A stretch of DNA of 64,000 nucleotides, from assembly GCF_009914755.1 (NCBI RefSeq), contig NC_060929.1. One strand, given 5' to 3'. The notes below the pieces were generated by a model. That model searched no databases and was not told the origin of the DNA. It worked only from the letters and a program-made list of their open reading frames with translations. The position numbers were made by a program, and so were the translations under genes. Position 1 is the stretch's first letter. Each line of letters opens with the position of its first letter. This DNA is from the human T2T-CHM13v2.0 reference genome, Homo sapiens. Shown here one piece after another: positions 14,349-28,504 of the stretch.

Positions 14349-14660
14349 TTTTTTTTTGTTTGTTTTTGTTTGTTTTTTTGAGACAGAGTCTCGCTCTGTC
14401 GCTCAGGCTGGATTGCAGTGACCCCATCTCGGCTCACTGGAACCTCTGCCTCCTGGATTCAAGCAATTGTCCTGCTTCAGCCTCCCGAGTAGGTGGGACT
14501 ACAGGCGCGTGCCACCATGTCCGGCTAGTTTTTTGTATTTTTAGTAGAGATGAGGTTTCACCCTGTTAGCCAGGATGGTCTTGATTTCCTGACCTCATGA
14601 TCCACCCACCTTGGCCTCCTGAAGTGCTGGGATTACAGGCGTGAGCCACTGCGCCTGGCC
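14349..14660 (-). mobile_element. Alu (AluSc/Y-like)
   Basis: Reverse Alu, (TTTG)n tail, ttagccaggatggtc. Confidence 0.95.
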
Positions 14661-16047
14661 GTTTTTTTTTTTGTTTTGTTTTAAGTTATTGAAACATGAG
14701 GCTTTCCCCTTTGATTTGACTGCTACTCTGGATAACTGGGAAATCACAGTTAGCAGTGAGCATTTGCCAAGCCACAGGAAGCCATTGAAAATCCCATGAT
14801 GCTTTGGTGATCCTTTTGGACTGGAATCCCAGAAGCAACTACCTAGGCATAATAACCTAATACTTCCCGATCAATAACACGTCCTTATTAAAACATAGAC
14901 TCCACCTGGTTCTGTTAGCTGATGGGAGATGCATCTTTCACGTGCAGACCGCACATGCTTCCTGTGATGATTAGGGTATATTTACTTTCATTCATGGGTG
15001 TCCATGAAGGTACGCAACTTCTATTTATTTTCAGAACCACTGGGCGACATGAGATCCTCAGTGGCAGAATATTTCTATATGACCTTTGCAAAGCAAAGGG
15101 TCACTCAATTCTACAATAGTTGTTCTAATCAGACTATTTTAACAGTTAGTGAAATAGAAGATCACTCTGGGTAACTCCAGACTGTCAGCTCTTAGAAGGC
15201 AGGGACTTGGCTTTTCCTCCTTGTGGTTCCCACTCAGCTGCAGGCAGCTTGGCTCGTCTGTACTCCTGGCTTACAGACTGGTCGTTGCGTGGCTAATCCA
15301 TACCTCACTGGTAAGAAGGGCAGGGCTGGCTTTCTGCTCTGTTGTGTAGCACACAGGCACTGTCACAAAGCCACGGGTACTCATTGTCAGTGAGTTACCT
15401 TGCCCCAGCTTTCCTGAGATGATGAAATCCGCAGTGAGCCACTATATTTTCCTTTTCTGCCCCACAGTGGTTCTTTGACTATCTCCTTCTCTCTATGCAC
15501 TGATGTGCTCCAGCTTCACAGCTTCTTTACTGATGTCCTCCTCTAGTTCATTTCTGCATCTCTGTCTTAGCGGACGTGTTCGTCCTTTGCAAGCTGACTC
15601 CCTACCTGAGTCCTGGACTCCATATCCGTTTACTTCCTCCAAGACCTTGCTTCTCAGCCTGATGCAGAGGAAGAGCCCAGCACTGGCACTGGGTTAGGTC
15701 CTTGCTATTCTTGGTTTCTCACTGTAAATTGGACACAGTAGCATGTGCCTCAAAAATCCAGTCAAATGAATAATAATGGTGATGGCATATGTAAAATGTG
15801 TGCCATCTAACAAAGTCTAGAAACATCAAGTTCCTTTCTTTCCTTCCCCTTTCCTCTACCTTTCTTGCATATTTAATCTTTTCTGCCCCATAGGCTTCTT
15901 TATCTCAACCTACAACTTCTACATCTTCTTTGACCCTTTTGATGGCTTTACAGTTTAATTCACTCATTTCTTTACCTGCCAAACTTAGTGAAAGAATGAC
16001 TTACGCACACCAGCTTTCCTTACTTACTTCCCTCTCAGTGCCTTAAC

Positions 16048-16190
16048 TCACTGGTTCTCAACCTTGGCTGTGAACAAGAATCACCTGAGTGTTTAAAATG
16101 TACTGTGTCTGGGTGTCACTTGCAGAGCTTCTAATGCAGGAGGTTTAGAATGGGGCTCTGACTTCTCTGTTTTTACAAAAATGCACAGGC
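16048..16190. mobile_element. MER5-type MITE
   Basis: ggttctcaaccttggctg...gaatcacctg...agagcttctaatgcaggaggt. Confidence 0.55.
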
Positions 16191-16494
16191 AGGGTGGAAA
16201 ATGGCTCCCTTGAATTCTTTGCACCTGGCTTTCATCACTACCACTCACTGGCTGCTCTCTGGGAGGGCCCTCCAGGCCTCTCTGCAGCACTGGGCTTCGG
16301 TTCACTTCCTCCTCTTGAAGTTCTCACGCCTTGGCTTCCAGGCCTCTGCCATCCTCTGGCGGGAGCCTCCCCTCTGTCTGTGGCATTCCTCTGTTGGTTT
16401 CTGCCGTGGCTCCTTTTCTCTCTCCTCCTTCTCAAATAGGGAAGGAGTTTTATCATTGCTACTTCATTTGTCTTCTTTGAGAACCACATTTCTT

Positions 16495-17239
16495 TTTTTT
16501 TTTTTTTTTTTTGGTTTTAAGGAGTGGAGAGGTTAATAGGCAAGAAGGGTCAAGAAGGAAAGGGAGAAGGAAGAAAGAAGAAGCTTCCCTGTACAGAGAC
16601 AGAGGGAGGGGGGCGCTCCAAAGCCAAAAGAGTAAGTCCCCACTTGCTGCGGATACCAGCCAGGTATATAAGCAGAGGCTGGAGGAGGCGGTGTTTGATT
16701 TGCCTAGGGCTCAGGGGATTGGTTTGACTAGGCACGTAATTCACGTAGCCCATGAAAGAGCTGGCCCTCCCACTCTAGCCTTTTAATATGCAAATGCGGG
16801 GCGCCATGATGTTCTACACAAATAGGGATATGTGGGGGCGGCCATGTTGCCAGGAACATGTGGGGCAAGGGCAAGAAGGTCCCTGGAATCGGCATGTTTG
16901 GGTGAACCCAGTTTCTAATGGCCTAGGTTTGCATATCAAAGGTTGCCCGCCTGGCTCTAAAAGCCGGGGTTTTACAAGAAACTTTTCTGGAGATACTTTA
17001 AAAAATGAAAACTTCCCAAGGACCCCTTTTACTCTCTATCTGCCTAAAATAATTTCTTGATAACTCATGCCACATTCCTCCCTGTGGCGATATCACACTA
17101 ACTGCTGTTAGGGGGTTTTGGGCAAGGACTCTTTCTGGCTACTTCCTGCTGAAAAGGGGCCTCTAATGGGGAACAGCAGCTAGGGCTCCTCCTGGGGTCA
17201 ACTTAAGCATCCTCAGAAGAATGGCATGTCCATATGTGG
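16495..17239 (-). mobile_element. Processed (L1-retroposed) ERV1 copy: env 3' end + PPT + U3-R of a MER61-like LTR + poly(A)
   Basis: Minus strand: internal GCCCCTTTTCAGCAGGAAGTAGCCAGA, PPT CAGGGAGGAA, LTR start TGTGGC at 17074, LTR stops at 16513 followed by A20; 16-bp TSD at 16479-16494 and 17240-17255. Confidence 0.8.
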
Positions 17240-17739
17240 GAGAACTATGTTTCTTTCTTTAGAAAAAAAATAGAAAACTGCTAAAAATATCCAAAGATTA
17301 AAAAACTACCCCAAATCCTAGCACTGTTAAAAAGAAATCTACATCTTTATCTATACTGTAAAATATAGTACTTCCAAATCACACATCCTCCTTCCTTCAT
17401 CTAATCCTGTCTCAGAGGTAACCACCATTGACGTATTGGTGGTTGCCTCCTTTTTTACATGTGTATATAGTCATGTCTCTGTATGCACATGCAAATATTT
17501 TAAAAATTCAAAATGCAATAATTTCTGTGACTTTTCTTTTTTAAACTTAATGAAATCACATATTCCAGGTAACTATGTATAGATTTACTCCATTTTTTTT
17601 TAATGGTTACATAGTTTGTAATATATTCTACCATTCTTCCATTGTTAGGTCTTTAGTAATTCCAGCTTTTTATTTTAAGAAGTGCTGCTAGGATTGTCTT
17701 TGCATGGACTTTAGGATAGATACTTAGAATGGCCTGATT

Positions 17740-18084
<345 letters not shown>

Positions 18085-18331
18085 TCAAAGAGAATGAACA
18101 TTAAAATTTTGATAGCTACCAAATTGCTCTCCAAATATGTTGTTGGAGAAAGCCCTAGAAATGAGATTACTGAGCCACAGGGTAGGAACATTTTAAATTT
18201 TCATATATACCTCCAATTTTTATCCACAAATGTTTCAGTGTCCACTCTTACCAAGGATGTTTACTCACATTTTTGCTAGCACTGGACTTTATCAATCTTA
18301 TCTTGCTAGTCTGATAAGCAAAATATGATAG

Positions 18332-19035
<704 letters not shown>

Positions 19036-20067
19036 TCCATATTTTTTAAAATTAATTTTTGGCATCTCTTTTATTATTAAACATACTAACACTTTGTTCA
19101 ATGTATAGCAAACATTTGTGCCTGTCAGGCTTCCTTTGATATTGTTTATGGACTGTTTCATTGCACAAAAGTTTTTAATTTTCATGTACTCAAATCTGTC
19201 AATTATTTTCTGTTACAGCTTTTGGGTTTTTTGTATTGCTTCTTTGCAATTAACTCTGTTAAATTGTTTTTTTTTTAATAGATCTTTAACTATTACATAA
19301 GGTAGACAGTTAATTTTCTCCTGAATTTTATTTTTAATTTTACCCCTTATAGAAAAATTCATAATTTCTCCACTGATTTCTAGTGTCACATATCATGTGT
19401 TACATTTTGATATATATTTATATGAATTCGGGACACTACTCTGTTTCTTTGAGATGCCTATTTATATGCCAAAAATATAGACTTTTGTTTACTGTAACTG
19501 TAAAAACAGTACAATACCTGTTAGTGCAAAGCACACTGTCACTTTCCTTTTGAAATTGTCTTGATAAGTCCACTATATTTATTTTTTCATAAAATTTTAG
19601 GGTCAATTTGTTCAATTCAAAATCTTTTTTTGGCATTACATTACATTTATATATTAATTTGAGAAAAATTGATATTGTTAGGGCATTAATTCTTCCCATC
19701 CAGGAAATATATCTATTTATATCTTTTTAAAAGTATCCTTCAATTTTTTAATGTAATCTTATCATTATAATCTTTTTGCACAATAATTTATGTAATCATT
19801 CTATATTATGAACATTTAGATTGTTCCCAAATTTTTACTCTTATAAATAATGCTGTAATAAACATACTTATGGGAAGTGTAGAAAAAAAAGTTGCCTTTG
19901 GGAATTAATTTCCTTTGTCTAAAACACCAGGTGAGGCCCAACTAGGTCAAAGGGCATGCACTTGTTTATGGGCCTTGAGATATAAAAGCTTATTATTTTT
20001 TTTTTATGGCTTCAACTGTCAGTGTTCTCTCTGTTACACTCTACATCCAATTAGGAATGAAGTCCTT

Positions 20068-20460
20068 CTGGATTAAGAAAATGTGGCACATATACACCAT
20101 GGAATACTATGCAGCCATAAAAAATGATGAGTTCATGTCCTTTGTAGGGACATGGATGAAATTGGAAATCATCATTCTCAGTAAACTATCGCAAGAACAA
20201 AAAACCAAACACCGCATATTCTCACTCATAGGTGGGAACTGAACAATGAGATCACATGGACACAGGAAGGGGAATATCACACTCTGGGGACTGTTGTGGG
20301 GTGGGGGGAGGGGGGAGGGATAGCATCGGGAGATATACTTAATGCTAGATGACGAGTTAGTGGGTGCAGCGCACCAGCATGGCACATGTATACATATGTA
20401 ACTAACCTGCACAATGTGCACATGTACCCTAAAACTTAAAGTATAATAAAAAAAAAAAAA
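20068..20460 (+). mobile_element. 5'-truncated young L1 (L1PA2 / non-Ta L1HS-like)
   Basis: ORF2 C-terminus (WIKKMWHIYTMEYY...LIGGN*), 3'UTR, pure A tail, perfect 15-bp TSD aggaatgaagtcctt at 20053-20067 and 20461-20475. Confidence 0.95.
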
Positions 20461-21459
20461 AGGAATGAAGTCCTTAAATATTTTTGTCCCTTCCACTGTT
20501 ATTGCCTCAATTTGTGCCTTCATCATTTTTTACTTCTTCCTCTTCAATAGCCCCCCTGGCTGGACTCATCTTCACCAGTCTTGCCTACATCAAACTCAAA
20601 TGCTTTCATGGTAAACCTGATTACATTAGTCCCTGAATTAAAAATTTTTAATGGCATCTACTTCCCACAGAATAAAGTTAGAACATCTTTACTCCTGCTG
20701 ATTTCATTGGGCTTTAGAGTAGTAGTAGCTCAATACATATTTACAGTGTGTTTGAATCCATCCTCTCTTCTTGGAATGTTATTTCCCACCCTTCATCTAA
20801 AAACCTTACCCATTCTTGATCTTCAGACTCCATGGTACTTTCTTCTTAAAGCTTTGCCTGATCACTCCAACTCTGAAAGAAAGCACTGTGCTTGCTTCTG
20901 TCATGTAGCACTTGCAAATGGGTTTATGATACATCTGCTTTGTTCTACCTCCAAAGGTCATTGTGAGGCTGATATGAGTTGACATTTGGTTAATTATAAA
21001 CCATGTGTAAATATAAGGCACTGCTATTATTAGACAATGTGTCCTTCCTTCTAAGGAAACCCACGCTGGTGGATAAGCAGTGACCTAAGTAAAATCAGCT
21101 TTTATGAGCATGGGAATGGGAATCACTTGCTCCATGGGAAGATGCTAAGAGAGCTGGCCTATTGACTGATAAGAATTCATGTCTCCCAAACCCAAAGAGG
21201 GAAAACTGAGTCTGCTGAATCAAATGCAGCAGTTGTTAGTCTCTACAATAGCTGCATAGATGTCTTCGGGCTACTGTGGTCTGAGTCCTGCTATTCAAAG
21301 TATAGTCTTAGGGCCAGGTGCACTGGCATCATACTAATTATCATTTTAACCCTAGGCCTAGTCTATGAGTGAACCCGGAAGGTATTAGAGTGAATTGACT
21401 TGGTAATTAGTTTAAACCAAAACAAATGATTTCAACTTATTAGATTAATCATAATCTTA

Positions 21460-21690
21460 TTAGAAATGCAAGATCTCAGACCCCATCCCTACTTTGTGAA
21501 TCAGACTTTGTATTTTTTCTTTAATTTATGAAGAACATAAATTTATTTCTCACAGTCCTGGAGACTGGGAAGTCCAAGATCAAGGTGCCAGCATTTGATC
21601 TGGTGAGAGACTTCCTGCTGCATCAGACTTTATATTTTAACAAGATCCCTAGGTAGTTCATACGTACATTAAATTTTGAAGAGTTATTTT
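21460..21690. mobile_element. MER5A-like MITE split by a MaLR stub
   Basis: tagaaatgcaagatctcagaccccatccc...atcagacttt...ttttaacaagatccctaggt. Confidence 0.65.
21517..21621 (-). mobile_element. Polyadenylated MaLR (MST/MLT1-type) LTR stub with TSD
   Basis: Minus strand ...CTGTGAGAAATAAATTTATGTTCTTCATAAATTA then AAGAA; 17-bp TSD at 21500-21516 and 21622-21638 (1 mismatch). Confidence 0.75.
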
Positions 21691-21865
21691 CTAGAGAAGT
21701 GACCTCCAAAGTTTTCTGTTTATCATCTTAGCAGTAAAATCATTTTTAGCATGCCTTTCCAAATACATATGTATTTTTAGTCATAAATTATATATATGTA
21801 CTACTGTATTATAAATGAATGAAAGTAGAAATTTTAAAAGAATGAAATAAGATGAAACAAAAATT

Positions 21866-22245
21866 TGACCATGGAATACTACACAGCCATAAAAACCCCA
21901 AATCATGTCCTTGGCAGTAAGATGGATGCAGCTGGAGGCCATTATCCTAAGCAAATTAATGCAGGAACAGAAAACCAAATACCTCATGTTCTCTATTATA
22001 AGTGGGAGCTAAACTTTGAGTATGCATGGATGTAAAGATAGGAACAATAGACAATGAGGAATTCTAGAAGGGAAGGGAAGGAGGGGGGCAAGGACTGAAA
22101 ACTACCTATTCGGTACTGCGCTCATTGGATGACGTGATCATTCATACCCCAAACCTCAGTGTCATGCAATACATCCATGTAACAAACCTGCACACGTACT
22201 CCCGAATCTAAAATAAAAGTCAAAATTATTTAAAATAATAAATAA
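21866..22245 (+). mobile_element. 5'-truncated L1 (L1PA13-16/L1PB-type 3' end)
   Basis: ccatggaatactacacagccataaaaa...gtaacaaacctgcacacgtactcccgaatctaaaataaaagt. Confidence 0.85.
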
Positions 22246-22499
22246 ATAATTTTATTTTTAATGGTATAAACCATTTAGTTCTGAAATTATTAATTATCAA
22301 AATTTTAATGAGAATAATGTGATTAAGTATGCTTTTTTTTAAAAAAAAAAGATGTTGGCTTAACACTTTGAGACACAGTGATATGCAGATCTGGTTCTAA
22401 GTTTAGTTTATTTTCAGTTTTTAGTTTTACACCTATTATGGCTGAAAAATATACTGCATGAAAGGTGGTAGAAATTTTCTTTTTGTTCAGCAAAACTTA

Positions 22500-22840
22500 C
22501 TTTTTTTTAAGTGAATGTTTTTAGGGTGTAACTTGCTATAAAATTCATACTCATTAGTGTATATCTCTAGGAGCTTTGACAAATGCAAAAAGTCACATAA
22601 CCATCACAATGTAGATGTAGAATGGTTTCATTACTCCCGCACACCCCACCGCCCCGCAGCCCGGCCCCTCAAAATACGCTCATGCTTCTGCGTAGCCAAA
22701 CCCTGTCCCTACCCTGTCCCCTGGCAACCATTAATCTGTTCTCTATCCTTATAGTTTCCCTTTTCCAGGCTGCCATGTAAGTAGAATTGTACAGTATGTA
22801 GCATTCTTTCACTCAGCATCATGCATTTGAGATTTACACT
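22500..22840 (-). mobile_element. Old L1 (L1MB/ME-type) 3'UTR
   Basis: tttgacaaatgca...ctggcaaccattaatctgttctc...tttcactcagcatcatgcatttgagatt. Confidence 0.65.
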
Positions 22841-23939
22841 TTGGGAACAATTATCGTTTTGTAAAAGGAAATGGACAACTCATTTTTAAATCCAACAACT
22901 TTTTTACTACTTCGTCATGAATTAAACAAGAAACTTCTGTGTGGTACCAGACATTTTCATACTCACTCCCTATTTTGTCAAGTTGCATATTCTAAAGGTC
23001 TTGCTTTTATAAAATAAACTGCATTGATGAAAACCTGTAGCACATAAATGGCAATCAAGCAGTGGAGGTACCATGGCAACCCCCGTGTGTTTGCTGAACT
23101 CTTTTTGATTCTGGAGATTATCTTGTGTAGTTTCCAGAACTTGTGTTGAGCTAATTTGAGAACTCAGTGAAGGCACTATTGTCAATCTAAATACCAGTAA
23201 AGATTAGTTTCTTTCTTAGAAAAAATACCCCAAATAACTACTATATTATTTTCATACTTCAACTCACTGGATCATCTTGTATACCTAGGTATGTACTTCT
23301 TTCTTGGAGAGCTTTGCTTTAGAGCCATAATTCTCAAACATAGCTGTGCATCAGAATAACATGAGGTGGCCATTAAAATGCAAATTCCAAGGCCCCATTG
23401 CAGGCCTATTCAATATGTGTCCCTGGGGAAGAAGAGCCTAGGCAATTGTATTTGATATGTTTTCCCAGAAGACTCTTATGCAGCTAGCCCAGCACTTGAC
23501 GGACACAAGGGTTCAAAGGCCAGTGGTCTAGTGCTTCACAACCCAGAGCTGGATCCAGAAGCACCACCTGAGAGTTTGTTGGAAATGAGAACCAACACCT
23601 GGCTCCACCTCAGAGTCACTGGATCAGAATCTGATTTTTAACAAGAACTCCAGGTGATTACATGTATGTAAAAGTTTGAGAAGTGCTGCTCTAGTGCCAG
23701 AGTTCCTAAACCCCAAGTGACTGTAAAGTGAATGTTCTTCCTGAAGTCTCCAATTGGCACCCAGGGAAACTGACTCAAATTTATGGGCGTCTCCAACTCT
23801 AACTTGTTAGGGGAGATATAAGGGCAGGCTGATGTCACAAATTCCACTTACCAGATTGTAACACTGAAGAATCATATGACTGAGAACACACTGTCAGGTA
23901 AATTTCCAATGAGGTCTCTGATATGTAGTGAATATTCTT

Positions 23940-25355
23940 TGTTTTTTTTTAATTGTAATAAGAACATTTAACATGAGATCGTCCCTCTTAACAAAATTGT
24001 AAGTGTACAATACAGTACTGTTAAATATAGGCACAATGTTGTACAGCAGATCTCTAGAACTTATTCATCTTTCATAACTGAAACTTTCTACCTGTTGAAC
24101 AAAATTCCCCTTTCTTTTGTCCCAACAGCCTCTGGCAATCACCATTGTACTCTCAGCTCCTGTGAGTTTGAATATTTTAGAAAACCTCATATAAATGTGA
24201 TCATGCATTATTTGTCCTTCTGTGACTGGCTTATTTCACTTAGCATAAAATCCTCCAGGTTCATCCATATTGTCACATATGGCAGGATTTTCTTCTTCTT
24301 TTTTCTTTTTTCAAGGCCGAACAGTATTCCATTGTATATATATGCCACGTTTTCTTTATTCATCCATTGAGGGACATTTAGGTTGTTTCCATATCTCGGC
24401 TATTGTGAATCATGCACAAGGAACATGGGATTGTTAATATCTCTTTGAGATCCTGATGTCAATTCTTTTGGCTATATACCCAGTAGTATGATTGTGGGAT
24501 CATATGGTAGTTCTATTTTTAATTTTTTAAAGAGCTTCCATACAGTTTCCCATAGCGGTCACACCAGTTTACATTCCTGTCAACATTGTACAAGCATTTC
24601 AATTAATCTACATCATCACCATTGTTATCTTTTGAATTTTTTAAATAATAGCTGTCCTAACAGATACGAGGTGATATCTCATTAGGGTGTTTATTTGCCT
24701 TTCTCTGATGATTAGTGGTGTTGAGTATCTGTTGCAAATAGTGACGATTTTACTTTTTCCTTTCTGATTTGGATGCTTTTTATTTCTTTTTCATGCCAAA
24801 TTTTCTGGCTAGAACTTTTAATACTACGTTGAATAAAAGTTGTAAGAGTGGGCATCCTCATCCTGTTTTCTGATGTTAGAGAAAAATATTTCAGTTTTTC
24901 ACAAATTAAGAATGATGCTAGCTTTGGGCTTTTCATATATGGCTTTTATTGTGTTGAGATGTTTTTCTTCTATTCCTAGTTTGTTGAGACTTTTTGTTAT
25001 GAAAGGGTGAAGGATTTTGTCAAATGCCTTTTCTGCATCTGTTGAGATGATCATGTGATTTTCATCCTTCAGTCTGTTAATGTGGTGTATCACATCCATT
25101 GCTTTGTGAATGTTGTACCATCCTTGCATCCCAGGGATAAATTTCACTTGGTCATGGTGTATGGTCCTTTTAATATGCTGCTGAATTTGTTTCACTAGTG
25201 TTTTGTTGAGGATTTTTTCATCTATATTCATCAGGGATATTAGCCTGTAGTTTTCTTATCATTTTATCTGGCTTTGGTATAAGGGTAATGCTGGCCCCAT
25301 AAAATCAGTTTAGAAGTGTTCTCTCCTCTTAGATATTTTGGAAGAGTTTGAGAAG
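23940..25355 (-). mobile_element. L1 (L1MA9/MB-type) 3'UTR + ORF2 RT segment with internal deletion at ~24728
   Basis: ORF 24899-25231 [12 protein letters not shown]...[17 protein letters not shown] is L1 RT; abrupt jump from ORF2 C-terminal sequence to the FADD region. Confidence 0.9.
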
Positions 25356-25729
25356 GAAAACAATAAATAAATGAAGCTTTCACCACTGAATTTTCACCAT
25401 TTGAACAGCCTCAGGTGACAAGACCCTGTGGCTGGAGGCGATTGCTTCCTTCTGGCTTCAAGGTGAAGACTTCACTGAGCTTTGTTTTCACTGGTGCCTG
25501 AGGTGTGGGAATTAGGGAGAATCCCAGAGTCTTTTCTAGAGTAAGACTGTTTTGATGTCTTTGCCAGTGTTTATTTTTCTAACTGAACTTACAAATAGGG
25601 AAGGTTATTTTTAGTGACAGAAGCAAAAGCTCAATAGTTCTTCTGGGATTTAGATGTGGGAACTCTGTTCCTCCTACTTCTCTCTCCCTAAGCTCCCTCT
25701 CTTTTCTCCCAAGGACATTTTATCTGCAC

Positions 25730-26100
25730 TCAAGATAATGTGATATGGAGGAAAAAAGCACTGGACTGGGACCCAGAAGGACTGAGTCTTGTCTGGACTG
25801 ACACCAACGAGCCATGGGTTTGCTAGAGCAGAGGTGGCAGAGTGGAGTGGTAGTGAGTAGCAGGAGCGCTGCAGACAGACTAGCCACTGAGTGTCTGCTT
25901 CCACTACTTACTGGTTATGTGTCTTAGACAAATTACTGACCTTTGTGTTTTATATTGTCCTTAAGTGTAAAATGGGAATCATAAATGTACCTACTTCGTA
26001 GGACTGCTTCAAGTGTAAGATGAGGTAATTGACATTAAAAGCACTTAGAACTGTATGAATCATGCTCTTACCTTTCTGGTTCATACTGTTGCTGACAAGC
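25730..26100 (+). mobile_element. MIR fragments
   Basis: ccactacttactggttatgtgtcttagacaaattact...gtaaaatgggaatcat...aaagcacttagaac. Confidence 0.65.
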
Positions 26101-26304
26101 CAATCATCTAAGTGATGTCCAAGTGCTGGAATCTCATCACATGCAGAACATTCTGTAGACCTGAGGATCATCTGATGCAGAAAAAAGAAGGCAAAGTAGG
26201 CTGGTGTTCTTCAGTCGTATAAAGGATTGTTGCACAAAAGAGATGTTTCTTCTGAGTTGCTTGGAAAGTTCGTTGAAGTTTAATTCAAAATACTGGAAAT
26301 AATC

Positions 26305-26465
26305 CGTAGTGTTTCTATACATTAGTAATGAATTATCTGAAAAATAAATCAAGGAAACAATCTTGTTTACTATAGCCTAGCAAAAAATACTTGAGAATAA
26401 ATGTAACCAAAGAGGTGAAAGATCTGTACACTGAAAACTGTAAAACATTGAAGAAGACAAAACAA
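26305..26465 (+). mobile_element. L1 ORF2 fragment
   Basis: aaatacttgagaataaatgtaaccaaagaggtgaaagatctgtacactgaaaactgtaaaacattg. Confidence 0.75.
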
Positions 26466-27185
26466 TGAAGAAATTCTATAATCAATGGAACTTGGGAATG
26501 AAAATCACCATTTTGCAAAACAGTGAGTCTTCATAACTGAAATAATTCAAGCCAAAACAGGCTCTTTGTTTGGATTAGCGTAGAAGGTATTCTCTTCTTT
26601 AAAATGTGACTCTAGAAAAGCAGAGAGATTCCTCTTCTCCCTGTGACAGCCTAAAAGTTATTTCTCAGTCTCCTTACCACTCTTACTGCTGTCCTGATCC
26701 CAGCAAGGGGAATAGTTCACTTCTTTTCCAAACAGACATGATGGTGTCAGTTGTGATCAGAGCTGGTAGAGCTATCTTTCAGATGAGGAAAGTGATGCCA
26801 AAAGTCTTGTATTATGTTAGAAACAGCAAGTTAAAAGGGTGAGATCAATAAATGGTTGGAAACCTAAAAGCTAGGATATCCTTGGAGCAATAAGAGTTAG
26901 TTAATAATGGAAAACCAGGAAATTAACACAGAAAGCTTAGTTTAATAAAACCACAGGTAAGCGTTGGTAGGCTATGGAAATATTCACACACAGTGCATGC
27001 ATACTGCTATCTCTGTCAGTTTCTCTGCCTGCCATTACCACATTTCTTGACTTTCAGTGGCAAGATGTACTTGTGAATCAGGTTTCCAGCTGTGGCAATC
27101 CTCAATCACTAATGTGTAGTCATAATATCAAATATCTCTCATCTTCTATCCCACTAATCTATCTTTTCCTGCTTATACCACTGGT

Positions 27186-27550
27186 TTTCATAGTCACTTT
27201 GGGCTGCTATTACAGAATACTATAGAATGAGTGGCTTAACCAACAAACATTGATTTCTCATAATTCTGGAGACTGGGACTGTGAGATCAGGGTGCCAGCA
27301 TGGTTATGTTGTAGGTGAGGGCTCTCTGTGTGGTCGGACAGCTTCCTTCTTGGATCCTCATGTGGAAGAGATATCTGTGGTATCCTTCATCTCCTTATAA
27401 AGACACTGATACAATGATGGGGGCTCTGCCCTCATGACCTCATGTAAACCTAATTACTACACAAAGAACCAACCTCCAAATACCATCACCTTTGGGATTA
27501 GGACTTCAACATAAGAATTTTGGGAGGATGCAAACATTCAGTCCATAGCA
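27186..27550 (-). mobile_element. MaLR solo LTR (MLT1A-like)
   Basis: gggctgctattacagaatac...caaacattcagtccatagca terminus. Confidence 0.85.
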
Positions 27551-28325
27551 CTGGTCTAGTTACTCTTGCCTCTGAACCTTGCACTGGCTCTTCTTGTTGC
27601 CTGGAACATTCCTCTCCCTCATATCCACACGTCTCTTTTCTTACCTCCTTCAGGTCCTTTTTCAAATATCACTTGTTTCCTCTCAGTGATGACTTCCCTG
27701 ACCTCCCCATTTAAAATGACCTCCCATGGCCCTCACTGTCCTCTTTCTCTATTACTGTATGCCATAGCACTCATCACCTTCTTTCACAGTTTTAGTTTCC
27801 CCAGAAGTAGATCTTGTGCCAGGATTTCAAGTGTAAGTGGTTTATTCAGGAGATGCCTTATAGTTATTCCACCCAAATGGAGAAGGAGCTGGGATATTTA
27901 CATGCCAGCTTCCATTAGTCATAGATTGTGGGCTCTTTGGGAGTGGAGTATTGATTTCATGGCACTTCTCCTCAAGGTGGGCAAATAAGCCTTCTGTAAC
28001 TTTGGAAAAAGACCTAAGACCTGATGTAGATGCTGATCCCTGGAATATCAGGGAGTGTACCAGAATGCTGAGGTCCAAGGATGTGGGTGGAGCACTGACA
28101 ATATCTGCTATATCATCTGATATACTATATAGCTTACTATTTATATCTATATATGTGTGTGTATATATATGACATATTTATATCATATATACATACTTCC
28201 AGAATGTAAGCTTTATGAGACAGATATTTTTGCCCATTTAGCTCACTCCTGAACTTAGAATGGTGACCTGGTACATGTTGGTGTTTAATAAATGTTTGCT
28301 GAATGAATGAATGAATGAATGAAAG
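27551..28325 (+). mobile_element. L2 3' region interrupted by an ERVL LTR
   Basis: L2 body plus (TGAA)n terminus at ~28300-28322. Confidence 0.7.
27790..28112 (-). mobile_element. Old ERVL LTR (LTR16/LTR33-like)
   Basis: tttccccagaagtagatcttgtgccaggatttcaagtgtaagtggtttatt...gcactgacaatatctgcta. Confidence 0.55.
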
Positions 28326-28504
28326 ATGTAAATGAGAGATTTTAAGCTGTGAGTTGTGATCCATCCAACAGGTCATAAAATTAATTTAATGGCTCCTGAC
28401 CAGCATTAAACAGATAGAGAAACATAAAAAAATCAGAGTATACCGCAGGTGGTAAGGGTAATACTATTGTAAAAAATATTTCACTGCAGTTACTTAATAT
28501 GCAT

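Noticed and set aside
16838-16900. Possible p53 site in the MER61-like LTR
   Set aside because: CATG cores are present, but the half-sites have several mismatches and a spacer; family assignment is tentative
24728-26465. Minus L1 plus the plus-strand ORF2 fragment at 26305 as one inverted L1
   Set aside because: Separated by ~950 bp containing older MIR sequence; no shared TSD
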